From Asterias rubens (taxonomy: Eukaryota): a DNA stretch of 64,000 bases. The notes under the pieces are model-generated. The model worked only from the letters and a program-made list of their open reading frames with translations, was not told the origin of the DNA and made no database searches. Positions within the stretch are counted from its first letter, which is position 1. The number at the start of each line of letters is the position of its first letter. The stretch lies in contig NC_047070.1 of the NCBI RefSeq assembly GCF_902459465.1, positions 20,088,001 through 20,152,000 of the forward strand, given 5' to 3'. Made by a program: the position numbers and the translations under genes. This document shows, piece by piece, positions 10,483 through 22,400 of the stretch.

Positions 10483-13400
10483 ATGTCAAATGCATCTCGA
10501 ATTCCAGTCCCGTCGTCTCAAGTCAAAGTAAAAGCATCTCCCCAAAGACACCTTCATCCGCCGACCAACCCCCAGAGAAGGACCCAGTCTGCGTCACCTC
10601 TGGTTACATCCAAACGAAAAAATGTACATTGTGTAAGCAAACCAAGAGCAAGACCAGGCTACACATGGAATATGGGAGGTCGTCTGAAGGAATTAAGAAT
10701 TAGGTAAGAGTGTAACTCAGGAACATTTAGTGGCTTTGCTGGAAAGATGGATTGGGGAGGGTACACACCTATGTTTTGCTGCCCCTTTGTTCTGACACCC
10801 CTGATGTATTTTCCTAATCTTTACTTTCACCTAGTAATTAAAACCAAACTGTAAACGCTTTCCCCAGCGTGAAACTCACAAAGGATTTTGTTGATTAATA
10901 CTCTCTGCTTAATTAGCTCTAGAAAGTTGGGTCCTGGTCTCGGCACAGTTGCTCCATCAGAAATTTCCAATGAACTTGAAGATTTTTCAGTGGAAAGAGT
11001 GTTCTTTGCAAAATGAAAATCGCCTCTGAATACATGAAAAAGTTCCTGCCCTTATTGCGGTACTATAATTCATATTGCACAAATAATAATGGTCTATGTA
11101 GAATTAACAGTGACATCCTTTTTCCATTTGCAGACATCTTGCAAGAAAATACCTGCATCTATGGATTGCTACTGCATTTGGCCGCATTCGTCTATCGGTT
11201 GTAAGGTACTAAATTCAATTGTTATTATTGTGTCACAGGATTGCTCCAGTCCCCGTTTTTTGGCACTTCGGACTGCAAGGTTCCTGACAAAAAACTGATC
11301 TCTGATTAAATTTTTGGGGAAATACACTGATGTCTTTTTCCGAAAAAAGAAATGATTCTCAAAATGCTTTATTGTATCGAAAGCTGACTGTACGTTTAAC
11401 CAAGTAAGTTTTGATTGCCATTAAGTTTAGGAGTGATTACCAAATGTATACATTAACCTTCCCTCTAAGGACACTACAGTGTTGTAGTACCCGTACTTAG
11501 TACTCTGTACTCGGTACTCGGTACTCGTACTTAAGTACTAAGGGAGTACTGTTTTGTGGTACTTATACTTGTTTTGTACTCGGGTAACAAAATACTTGCA
11601 CTTGAGGTTCGTACCCAATACTCGTCTGAACAATAAGGTGTACTCAAAGTCACAATACAGAATTAATAACAAATTCTCTACTTCACCATCTTCTACCATC
11701 AGTGTTCTCTTTTGACCAGATATTTATCCAGTCTTCAAACACTGTTTCATCCTATTTTATGCTCAGACAACATTACAGGAAGAGGTTACTTACTTCAGCT
11801 TTCAAGGAGTGGGCAGATTTGTGGTGGACGGGTCGAAAGGAGTGGAAGCTAACTATCAGAGCTGACTACCACAGACGGTAAAGTTTGGTTTTTATTTATC
11901 AATATTAAAGCCTTGAACCTTACCTAGATTCTCTATCGCAACTACTCGCAGGAATTTTAGAAGTACCTTATTTATACCACACAATGAAGCACTGGAAGAG
12001 TGCACTGAGTCCTAAATGCAATGAGATCTACCAGCTGAGAAAGTTTGGTCTGTACAAGGACCAATTTCATGGCTCTGCTAACCGTAAGCAAAGAATCAGC
12101 GCTTACGCAAGGAGGGATTCTGCACTGACTTCAAGTGTATTTACTGGGTTAGCAGGGAGTTTATGCATTGAAAAGGAAATGAGGGGTTGATTGATCCTTA
12201 CTCGTTATGTCGATTAAAAATAATAATGATTATATATTAATTCTGTACAGATATTGTATCTGCCAAAAAGTTTGGAGTGCATGGAAGGAATATGTGATCT
12301 TGGAAAAAATCAAAGCAGCTAAGGAGTCTGTAGCTATAGTACATGGTAAGTATTTGATTTAAACTGGGGTCACTCATTGAGGCGCCTTGTCAAAACCTCC
12401 AAGCCATTCAAGGCTGTGGTCTTTCCGCAGAATTCCGCGGACTGATTTGGCAACCAGTAGCCAACTTTCTTGTATTAAGTTTGGCATGTTATCATGAAAT
12501 AAAAACAGGTATTGATAAAGCTGATAAAGTTGTCCAGATTGTATTATGACCTACCGTCTTTATCTTTTTTAAACAGCCAATGGGATACTTCAATCTAAAG
12601 TATTAGAATCTTGGAGAATCTACGTCTACGGTCGCAGAATGAAAGCTTCTCTCAGACGGAAAGCAGACGATCACATGACAAGGAGGTACCTGGTGAAGTC
12701 TTGGAGACTATGGAAAGCACAGAGACGAGAAACACATGACAGACAGGAAGTAGAAGGCTATGCTATTCAGTATTGGGCTCATAATCTCACTTTAAAGGTA
12801 GGATACAATGCTATAGATTTGTTTGAAGACTTTTCTATGATATTCCATGGCTGCCATGAATGCTTTCAAACGCGTGAACAACAATAATAATAATAGTATA
12901 CAGCTCTTAAAGTCGTTTATCGCACCAATGGGTTGTCTTAAAGCACCCAGTGTTTTTTCCCGTAGAGTATGTGGAGCTAAGTTTTGAGTGTGAAACCCTT
13001 TTCCTTTAGAAACATGTAGCACTATTTAATTGTGCTGTGGTGCAGTATAGGAACCCTGCTCTTGTTGATACATGCACCAGGTTAATTTGTTTTAGTGTAA
13101 GCCCCAGCTACATTGGAGTATTATTATATAGCGCACGCATCCACCAATTAGCAGTAACTTGGGGAAAGTTCATTATTCCATGTCTAGCCACATGCTTGCC
13201 TGGATCAGGATGACACAGCTCTTAAGTTTTTATTTGAAGTCCTCCATTTTCAGAATGGACAAAATCATTTAAGACCTTCTCACTATAATAATTTCCAGAT
13301 GTGGCATAGATGGAAGGATGCAATGCGTGAACATAGTGAGGAGCATTACAAGGAGCAGCTGAGTGTACAAGTATATGAGAAGACACTGATGTCAAGATGC

Positions 13401-16400
13401 TTCTATCAGGGTCTTATACCTTACGTCTTGCACTGTAGGGACCGGAGACAGGATAAAGGTTAGTCAGAGACTTAAAGGATTATGTAACCTTTAGGTTGGG
13501 CATGAAGGCTGTAATTAAAAGTGTTTGTTATGAAATGAATATGGTTGGAAAGATGTATAAGCAGAAAGAAATGATCCACACCATTATACCTCAAATGTTG
13601 TTTTATACATGGTACCAAGTAAGTGAGACCCTCTCAGTGTGCGAGATTATTTGTTTTGTTTATTTTTGGATATGAACTATTTGACAGACCAAGCCTCACA
13701 GCATTACATAGACAGTCTGATGCATCATAGCTGGTACCATTGGCATACTCGTTGGTTTACACACAAGCTGATGACAGAACAACGAGATAGAATCAACGCT
13801 ATGGCTGATCGTAGTAGACTAAGACGAATCTACATCAGGTGGAGATTATGTATCCTTTATACCCTCTGCGGACTGACCCACCTCCTTGCCCAAGCTGACC
13901 TGATTGTGCCAGTTTTCACTCATTCACTAGATGTTAGTTTGTGGGTTTGAATCTCACCCGAGTGATTTTGCCTGTTGATATTTTTCCACAGAACTCGGGA
14001 AGGAACTGAGTATACATTGCTTAATAGTTAGTATAGGGAACAATTCTTGTGTCTTATCTACCCATCTACCATCTAGAAACACCATACCAAGATTGAATTG
14101 CCAGGCTTGGTTCTCTCCCTCCTCTGTGAGTAATTATAGATGCCGACGATGAAGGGTAACGTTTTGGTAGTACATGTTTTGAATACATTATTTTAGGCAT
14201 TTTGACTTGCAAGAGAAAATGGCTTTGGTATATGAGTTTTTAGTTGCCGTTCCAGTATGTCAGTTCTTTGCTGTTCTTTAAGAATGAATATCCTTAATTC
14301 TAACAAATACTGAAGACATTGAAATGAAGTCTGAGATGAAGCTGAAGATGCATCTTGCTGAGCAGCATCATAGACGTCAACTTATGGTAATCATCAAAAC
14401 CACACGCTCGCTTTTCATTTTCAATAAGTCTTTCAGTGGCAAAGTTGTACATGTACAATCTGTTTTATGTATTTAGAAAGTGCCGAAATGTACAATTTTG
14501 TTCATGTACTAAAAGGTGATCAATTGAACATGTACGGGGTACAATATGCAAGTTATCAGAAGAAGACATTATCACTCAAGAAATGCTCTTGACTATGGGA
14601 TGAACCAAGGCAACACAAATCAGCAAAATACTATTTTTGGGAGAAATTCTTCTTGACTATGGGATGAACCAAGGCAACACAAATCAGCAAAATACTATTT
14701 TTGGGAGAAATTCTTCTCGGATAGAGTGAGTGTTACCAGAGAGGGAGCAATTTTATACAGCTGTTAAGCACAGAGATCTACTGAACTCTTTCCTTTACAC
14801 ATTTAGTGACTTATAGCTGACAAAAAGAAGAAGATAATATAATTTTGTTGATGAACTTGTTTTCTCATTGACTAGATACTTGGTGTTGGTGCTCTACAGT
14901 TGGCTGTGGTTCAGCAGAGGCTACAGGGCAGGAGAAAGGTCAAAGCTGACAACTTCAGGATCCACTCTGTAAGTCAAGCCGCCATTTTACCATAATTAGG
15001 ATTTCTTGTAATGAACAGTAAGGACTTTCTCTAGATATTGACTAGCATGCTTACAGTTTGCTTTATGTCGTTACTACTGCTGTTCAACAAGGCATGTTCT
15101 GTCTGTTGAACATGGTGTGTTACTGGGTTCAATAAGTTTGTCCAACCAATTAAGTTGACTAACAAATGCAAAAGTCTCCTTCAGACAGTTTGCCGAAAAT
15201 GCAAACATTTCAAATGCCTTTTGTGCCCAACACCTTCTAATTTAAGAAAGATTCAACAAAGGTTTGCATTGTTCCCTAGACATGAAAGCTTCCCACGGTT
15301 TATAGATATTATATTTGATTCTTGTGAGTCATGAATCTGTTTCCGTTGTTACTTTAGTTGCAGTGCCATGCCCTTCAGAGATGGATCCAAAGATGTGAAG
15401 AGAAGGAAGAGCTCAGTCTCTTCTCTTTGTCTCGTCACGCTAGAAACATCTTCAGGTAGGTAACATTTAAAGCTAGCATTTATGACTACTGAGAGTCAAG
15501 CCAAGTCTGTCTGGAGCCAATATGGCTTACCAGGCGGGTGTTTATACCCGGTTTCCTTGGCATTAAATGACTGAGAATATTTCTATTTCCCTTGGACAGG
15601 ATGCAAGTCCATTGCAGCTTACTCCCCAACTCTCGCCAGTACCCATTTGTACTACTGTTTGGAGAGAAGCAATTGTGCCTTGATGTAGGACACAAATGGC
15701 GTGAATTAACAGGCCCAAGATTTGAGCCAACATAGTGTAAATTACAATCGGATAACAATCTTGAAACATATGTTTGTTGTGACACTATAATGATGAAACG
15801 CATTCCAATGAAGACCATCAGAGCATACTGATCGAAACGTTAAGTTATTCAACAAGTACCTTTTAAATCCTCTCCAGCTTTAGAGAGGTTATCACATTTA
15901 TTTCAACACTATTATCAATTACTTACTTTCATTGAATGATGACCATCGTGTATGCAGTGCTTTCCAAGTCCTGTGGCAAAAACATCTGCAGTCACCTCGG
16001 ATGGGATTCGAACCCCCAACCTTCCTCATTATATTGGGAAGAAACCAAATGATATTGTTCTTCCTCACTGATGCAAAGATTACATCAGCTAAACACAAAG
16101 GTTGTTGTTGAGACAGTAAATCTTATTTGTGCAAACAGAACCCGAGTTCTGAAGAAAGCTGTGCAAGACTGGAAGAACTACACTCTATGGCGTCGAAGAA
16201 GACAGGTAGCAGTTATTATTTGTCATATTGAGTATATGTACATGTGTTAGAATTTGTTTGATGATTATGCACAGCAAATATCCCCCAACAGTGCTAACAG
16301 AGGGGAAAGAAACCACTCAACCAACCTGATCCCTAAGTCATTTCGGGACAGCTCCATAAAAGAACTTACGAGTTTGGTCACCAAAACTCTGAAACTATGC

Positions 16401-19400
16401 ATCCTTTTGAGTGAGCAAGTGTGTTTACATTGTCATTACTTGGGTCATTGAACATAATGGATAAGCAGGGGCAGTTAGCAGCACTACTATACTAGTTCAG
16501 GATGGAATTAATAGATTCTGCTTATTGGAAAACTAGAGGCTACGGATGAGGATTCTTCTTATACCAATAATAAACCACGCCCTCAAAGACTATTTGAATC
16601 ACAATAATTAAAACTCCATTCTTTGACAAAGTGTCTGAATTGAATTGTTTCTCTAGGCACAGTATGCAATTGCAGAGGCCCACTATCAATCCCGTCTTCT
16701 GCCGAGGTGTCTTCATAGCTTGAAAGTCTACACCCAAAGACAACAAGGTCAAAGGTCAAATATCATCATGGCCGTCAGCTTCCAAAGGTACTGACACAAA
16801 TCTTCTTTGATTGTTTATAGAAAATACACTTTTGCTTATGCACATTTTTCTATTGATGTAAGCACAGAAATGCAGTCACTCTGGTATCTAAGCTGTCTAC
16901 AATCCCAGCCCCCGTGGCCCCTTAAAGCTTTGCTTCTCATTGTTGCATGGTCTTCTGCGTTCCAATCGACATTAAGCGGTGGACGGGGACTAGAGAGAGA
17001 ATGTTTATTGTCAGAGAAGTGGACAGACGTTGATTTCACCAAACTCTTCCTCAGTTAGGATTAATCTTAGGACTTAGGACGAGTTAAATTCCGTATCCAA
17101 AGGCCCATGACGCATTGAACCCATCCTAAGTTAAGATGGACTCGTCCTTACTCGAGATAGGATTAATCCTAGCCAAAGTATTGGTGGCCCAAGTATCTTA
17201 AAGGGGCCACGGGGCTGGGATTTGTAGAGTGTCATGGCCGAGTGGTTAAGAGCATCAAATTCAAGTTCTGGTGCGTTTTCACCGGAGTGTGGGTTCGAAT
17301 CCCGGTCGTGACACTTGTGTCCTTGAGCAAGATACTTTACTATAATTGCTTCTCTTCACCCAGGGGAATAAATGGGTACCTGCGAGGGTAGAGGTTGATA
17401 TTGTGAATGAAAAAGCCTTTTGAGCGATATAAACTGTTGCCCAGGTTGTATACTCCCAAGGGAGCTGAGAAACATTAAAAAGGGATGTTATTGGCCCTAT
17501 GACCAGGGCACTAATGTAAAGCGCTTAGAGAATTAAGTGTTAGTTATTAGGCGCTATATAAATCGAAAAATTATTGTTATTATTATTATTGTAGCCCAAA
17601 TGTTGGTGGTCTCCTTATTTTGTCAATTATGCTTGTTCAGGGGAGCTGATCAGAAGCACCCAAGCCTTGTACCAACACTGGTCAGCATTATGGTTGGATA
17701 GCTCAGAGGTGGAACACTGGCACATTTATCCGGAGGTCGCACCTACTAATCTTGCTCTAGCCAATGTCTCCTTGTTTAAACCAAAAATGCATAAACTTGG
17801 TTCATCCTTGTTTTTATGGGTTTTTTTTAACAGGGAGTGTGTGCTTGGTTACTTTTTTGTGAGATGGTGTCACGTCTTCCAGATGCATCAAGATGAAACT
17901 ATGATGCAGAGAATGGTAAGTGAGTAGAGAGGAGAAGTTCTTGTGTGCTTTGTCTTGTTAAATGATTCTACATTTTGAGTTTCTGTTGTGATTCACTGGA
18001 ATTGGGCCGGGACAAAGGCATGTAACTAAAAGAGTGCATACTTCTGTTCGTCTATGAAACATTACTAACGGAACAGTATGTATGTATGCAAAGCCCTGAT
18101 CATGGGTTAACATTTTTGTTGGTAAATCTTATGAGCAACAGTTTGAAAACCACTAATGGAGGAGCTTTCTAAATGTTATTTATAAACTGCTCACAAGAAG
18201 TTGGGAAACCTTTTTCAATCAAGTATATTTGTATTATTTATTACTCTCTTTGTATTAAGAGATTGACATGTTGCTGGACTTAGCCACATGAGTGAGAAAG
18301 AGACAGAAGTCACAGAACAAATGTACAAAAATTAGCAATTTTGTGTTAAAGGCAAATGACTGATCTTAATCCACTTTATATTGAGACAAGAAGTTCAGAA
18401 ACAAGTCTTGCAAATACCCAAACAAGGTGTTTTTCATGAGATGGGGGGTAATTGTGTGTAGTGTTCTCACTAGTGCAAATCTTTGTGTAAACCATTCATG
18501 GTTCTGAAGCTTGACCGGTTTGATTATTGATCATTACCTATTGACTGTTTAGTAAAGATAACAGTAATTTTGGCACATTTGATTTGTAACTTTGCCTCAT
18601 TGTCATTCATGTAGCCAATTTCAGCAACATGTCTTTGTTGCAAATGTGGTATCATTTTAAAGAGGAACATGTTATTCTTAATGTTAACAATGATGTTAAT
18701 AAACGTTTCTTATATATTTGAACAGGCTGTCTTGCACTATGAGAACACCATGGGAACAAGGATGCTTCAAACATGGCGTCAACGGACAAGAATCAAACAG
18801 CTGATGGAGGAAAAAGAGGTGATTTGTTTTGCTGATTAATGGAAAAGGAATTGGTCTGGTGCCATTATAAGTAATGAAAACCATTATTCATGTTTGTCAT
18901 TTGTACACATGGAGTGTGATATGATATAGACCTGGGCCTAATTTCATTGCTCTGCTTACCACAAATTTGTGCAAATACGATCACCATTCTCCGTTTACTG
19001 TGCTTACTGAGCAAGCGAAGAAATTGTGCTGAATGCTAAAATTCCCTGCTAGCCTGTGCAATATGCATGATGTAAGCGCAGAATTCCCTGCTAGCCTGTG
19101 CAATATGCATGATGTAAGCGCAGAATTCCCTGCTAGCCTGTGCAATATGCATGATGTAAGCGCAGAATTCCCTGCTAGCCTGTGCAATATGCATGATGTA
19201 AGCGCAGAATTCCCTGCTAGCCTGTGCAATATGCATGATGTAAGCGCAGAATTCCCTGCTTCCGCAAGCGCCGATTCTTTGCTTAAGCATGTTAAGCACA
19301 GTCATGAAATTGGTCCCTGTAAGTTTCTTTGGATTTGTTTAATAAAGACAACAATGCAGAATGTAAAATGGGTTCTCGGAATCTTAGATTGGACTGACAA

Positions 19401-22400
19401 ATTCTTGATTTGATTTTGATTTTGAAGGCGATGGCTATGGAGCATTATGATGGACAACTGTGTATGTTAGCATTGTCACACTGGAAGGAGTTTACTACGG
19501 GGTGCCACACTAGGTGAGTTTATGCTATCATCTGGGAGAACTTTTGTAAGCTTCAAGAATTCATAAAACAAATGTTTGTACACAACCTGTTTTGTCATAT
19601 CTTGCTTTTTACAATGATCCAATGGGAAACAGGTGGCAGCATATATATATTAGAACAATTTTCATTGTTAAGGTAGCTCTAAGAATGCGCAGAAGTGTCA
19701 AAATACTTTAATTTTGACACTCCAAAGTTGGCAACAAGCATGACAAGAGTGGTTGCAGAGCAGTACTTATTGGTAGCCAAGCAGTGTTGTGTTTGAGTGC
19801 TTCTCTTCCAGTGGTTAATGATAATAGGTATGGATACACTGCATGGTAGCCAGGCTGTGCTAAAGATTACTTGTTGTCCTTTCTTTCCATTGTCTCATTG
19901 ATATAGGCGTATTCAGAATCAGCGAGCATTGAGTCACAACTACAATACACGCATTCACAAGATATGGACAGCATGGACAAAGGTATTTATTTAACTCTAT
20001 TGTTTGTTGGATTATGGTTATTTTTGTCTTTCGAATTTTGACCTAACGACTTTGAGTCAGTCTTTAGACGCCCTATTTGGATTATGCAGTTGGACAACAA
20101 GAACTTATTAGTTTACAAGAACTTATTAGTTTACAATCATTTCTGATGTTCAACCATTACTTTTTGTAAGGTTTCAGTTGTGGCCAAGCATTCTAGCGAA
20201 ACTAACTGTCAGGCTTGTTTCAAATGTTGTGCTCAAGCGATGGGGTCTTGCGAGGCTAGCGACTGTTGCACCCATTGGTTGCCGATGCTGCATACTCATA
20301 GTGAGTTGAGATGGTTTTAGAAATGCTTAGGGTCTATTGAAAAGGGCTCATAATATTCTATCGCACTTTAAGAGGCCTAATTCGGCTAAAACTAGTTTAA
20401 ACTGTCTTTGATTGCAGTATGTTTCCCAGTGTCGCAGGAAGGCAGAGAAGACAAAGAAGGCACTCAATCACAGACATAAACACTTGCTTGAGAAAGGTCT
20501 TAGAGCCTTCAAGGTTAGTATATGGATCCTTAGCTGCTTAGCTCATACAGTATTATTTGCTTCAGAAAGGTCTTAGAGCCTTCAAGGTTAGTATATGGAT
20601 CCTTAGCTGCTGAGCTCAAAGACATAAACACTTGCTTCAGAAAGGTCTTAGAGCCTTCAAGGTTAGTATATGGATCCTTAGCTGCTTAGCTCATACAGTT
20701 TTATTTGGTCACCCTGCTTCTATCATTTACATGTAAACAGTGTTAGACCAATGTAGTGTAGGATAATGCCTGAGGTGCGTGTCATTGGTGGCTAGGAATG
20801 GCACGAAGCCATTCGGATTCCAAGAATGGTGAGTACACCAAGGTCATTATGTGACTTAATCTCCATCTGTACTGCCACAAGCACTCCTTTATGTCGCACA
20901 AATGGCATAATATTGTTTAATATGTGGTTTGGTGGTGTTTCTTTTCAATTTCAGATGTATCATCAACATATGCAGAAGATTGAGAGAGAAGTGGCGCTGA
21001 GAAAGCATTGTAAAGACCAAGAAAGACTCAGGTATGTCTTCATTCTGGACGATTTTATTTATTGCTCCATTTTCATGAAGAAGTATGTAAAAAAAGTCTT
21101 GACTGTTTAACTTGTTCCGTTCAACTCGACATAGCTGATACTTGTCCAGACCCCCACCCCCCAAAAAATAATAGTAAACGTGCGGACACAACCTTGCATT
21201 AAATCTCTTATGTAGGAGTGGTTTTGACAATTCGAAATGTATACTCTGCTCGTCTTTTTTTTGCCCTAAAAACGAGCAGAGTAAACTGTTAACACCTCAA
21301 GACCACACCAGCTCTTTTCAGAGCCAACGCTCCAAAAAAAGAGATTCAGTACTTGGTTGTACCCACAAGTTGACTATTTATAAAATTATACTTAAATCTT
21401 ACTTTTCACACCATGCAAAGCTTCAAACACAACTTATGGCAACTATTGTTTCAGATTGGCCTTGACCGAGTGGCAGTGGAATGCATTAGACCAGGCAAGA
21501 CTGAGACATCTTGAAGAGGAAGCTGACTCTTACTTGATGAGGTCTTTAAAGACTAAGGTAAGATTAGGTTTCACTTGATAGATAATAATCCGATATAGCA
21601 ACTATTCTCAGAGTAAACTTAAATGGAGTGTCGTTGCTGAGTGACCATGGTACTTTTGGCTTAATTTGACGCATTACAAAATGCATCATTGTTCTTATTA
21701 GATATCAACCACAGGAAACTGAGTGGGTAAATTAAACAATTTGTTCCTAGTCAGTTTTTTTTGTGGTTTACTATTTGATATCTGAAATAAGTCGGTTGGA
21801 TCGTAAAATTAGTTGTGATCCCTGGCTACACAGCAGTTAATGGGTGTATGGCTTCTGACTATCAACCAGAACAAAGATACAGAGACAAATCGAGAGATTT
21901 GGGCTTATATAGGGCTAAATAGCTGAGTTGGTAGAGCGTCGGCACAATATCCCGAGGTTATTGGTTCAAATCTCACTCTAGTAAAATTTTTGTTTTTTCA
22001 ATCTAAAATTTTGATTATTAATACATTTTTTTTGTAAAGCCTGTGACTGTTTTATGGGTTTTCTGTAGATAGATATCTCTTATGTTGTTGTCACCACTAA
22101 TCTGGGCCAATAGTAATGCTCTGCTTACTGCCTAATTCTGCACATGAGATCACCTTTCTTAGCTGGGCAAGTGCCAAATTTCTGTGTTAGCTGTGCAGGC
22201 GACGAATGCCTTGTAACATGGCCGCGACTTACATGCTTGCCCACAAGCAAAACATCCTTGCTAAGCTGTAAAATACGCTTGATGTAAGCGTGGCTGGTAT
22301 TCCCTGTTTAAGCACAGCTATGTAATTGAGTCCCAATGATTTCAATGACTATTAATCTCATTTTGTTAAACTGCTAAACTGTGAAATACGCTTGATGTAA

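Noticed and set aside
18981-19413. Repetitive ORFs on both strands (FPASLCNMHDVSAE and others)
   Set aside because: Translations of the 42-bp minisatellite inside a MITE.
21903-21990. tRNA-like sequence with A and B boxes
   Set aside because: Acceptor and T stems do not pair; it is a SINE head or pseudo-tRNA. I found no intact tRNA gene in the window.
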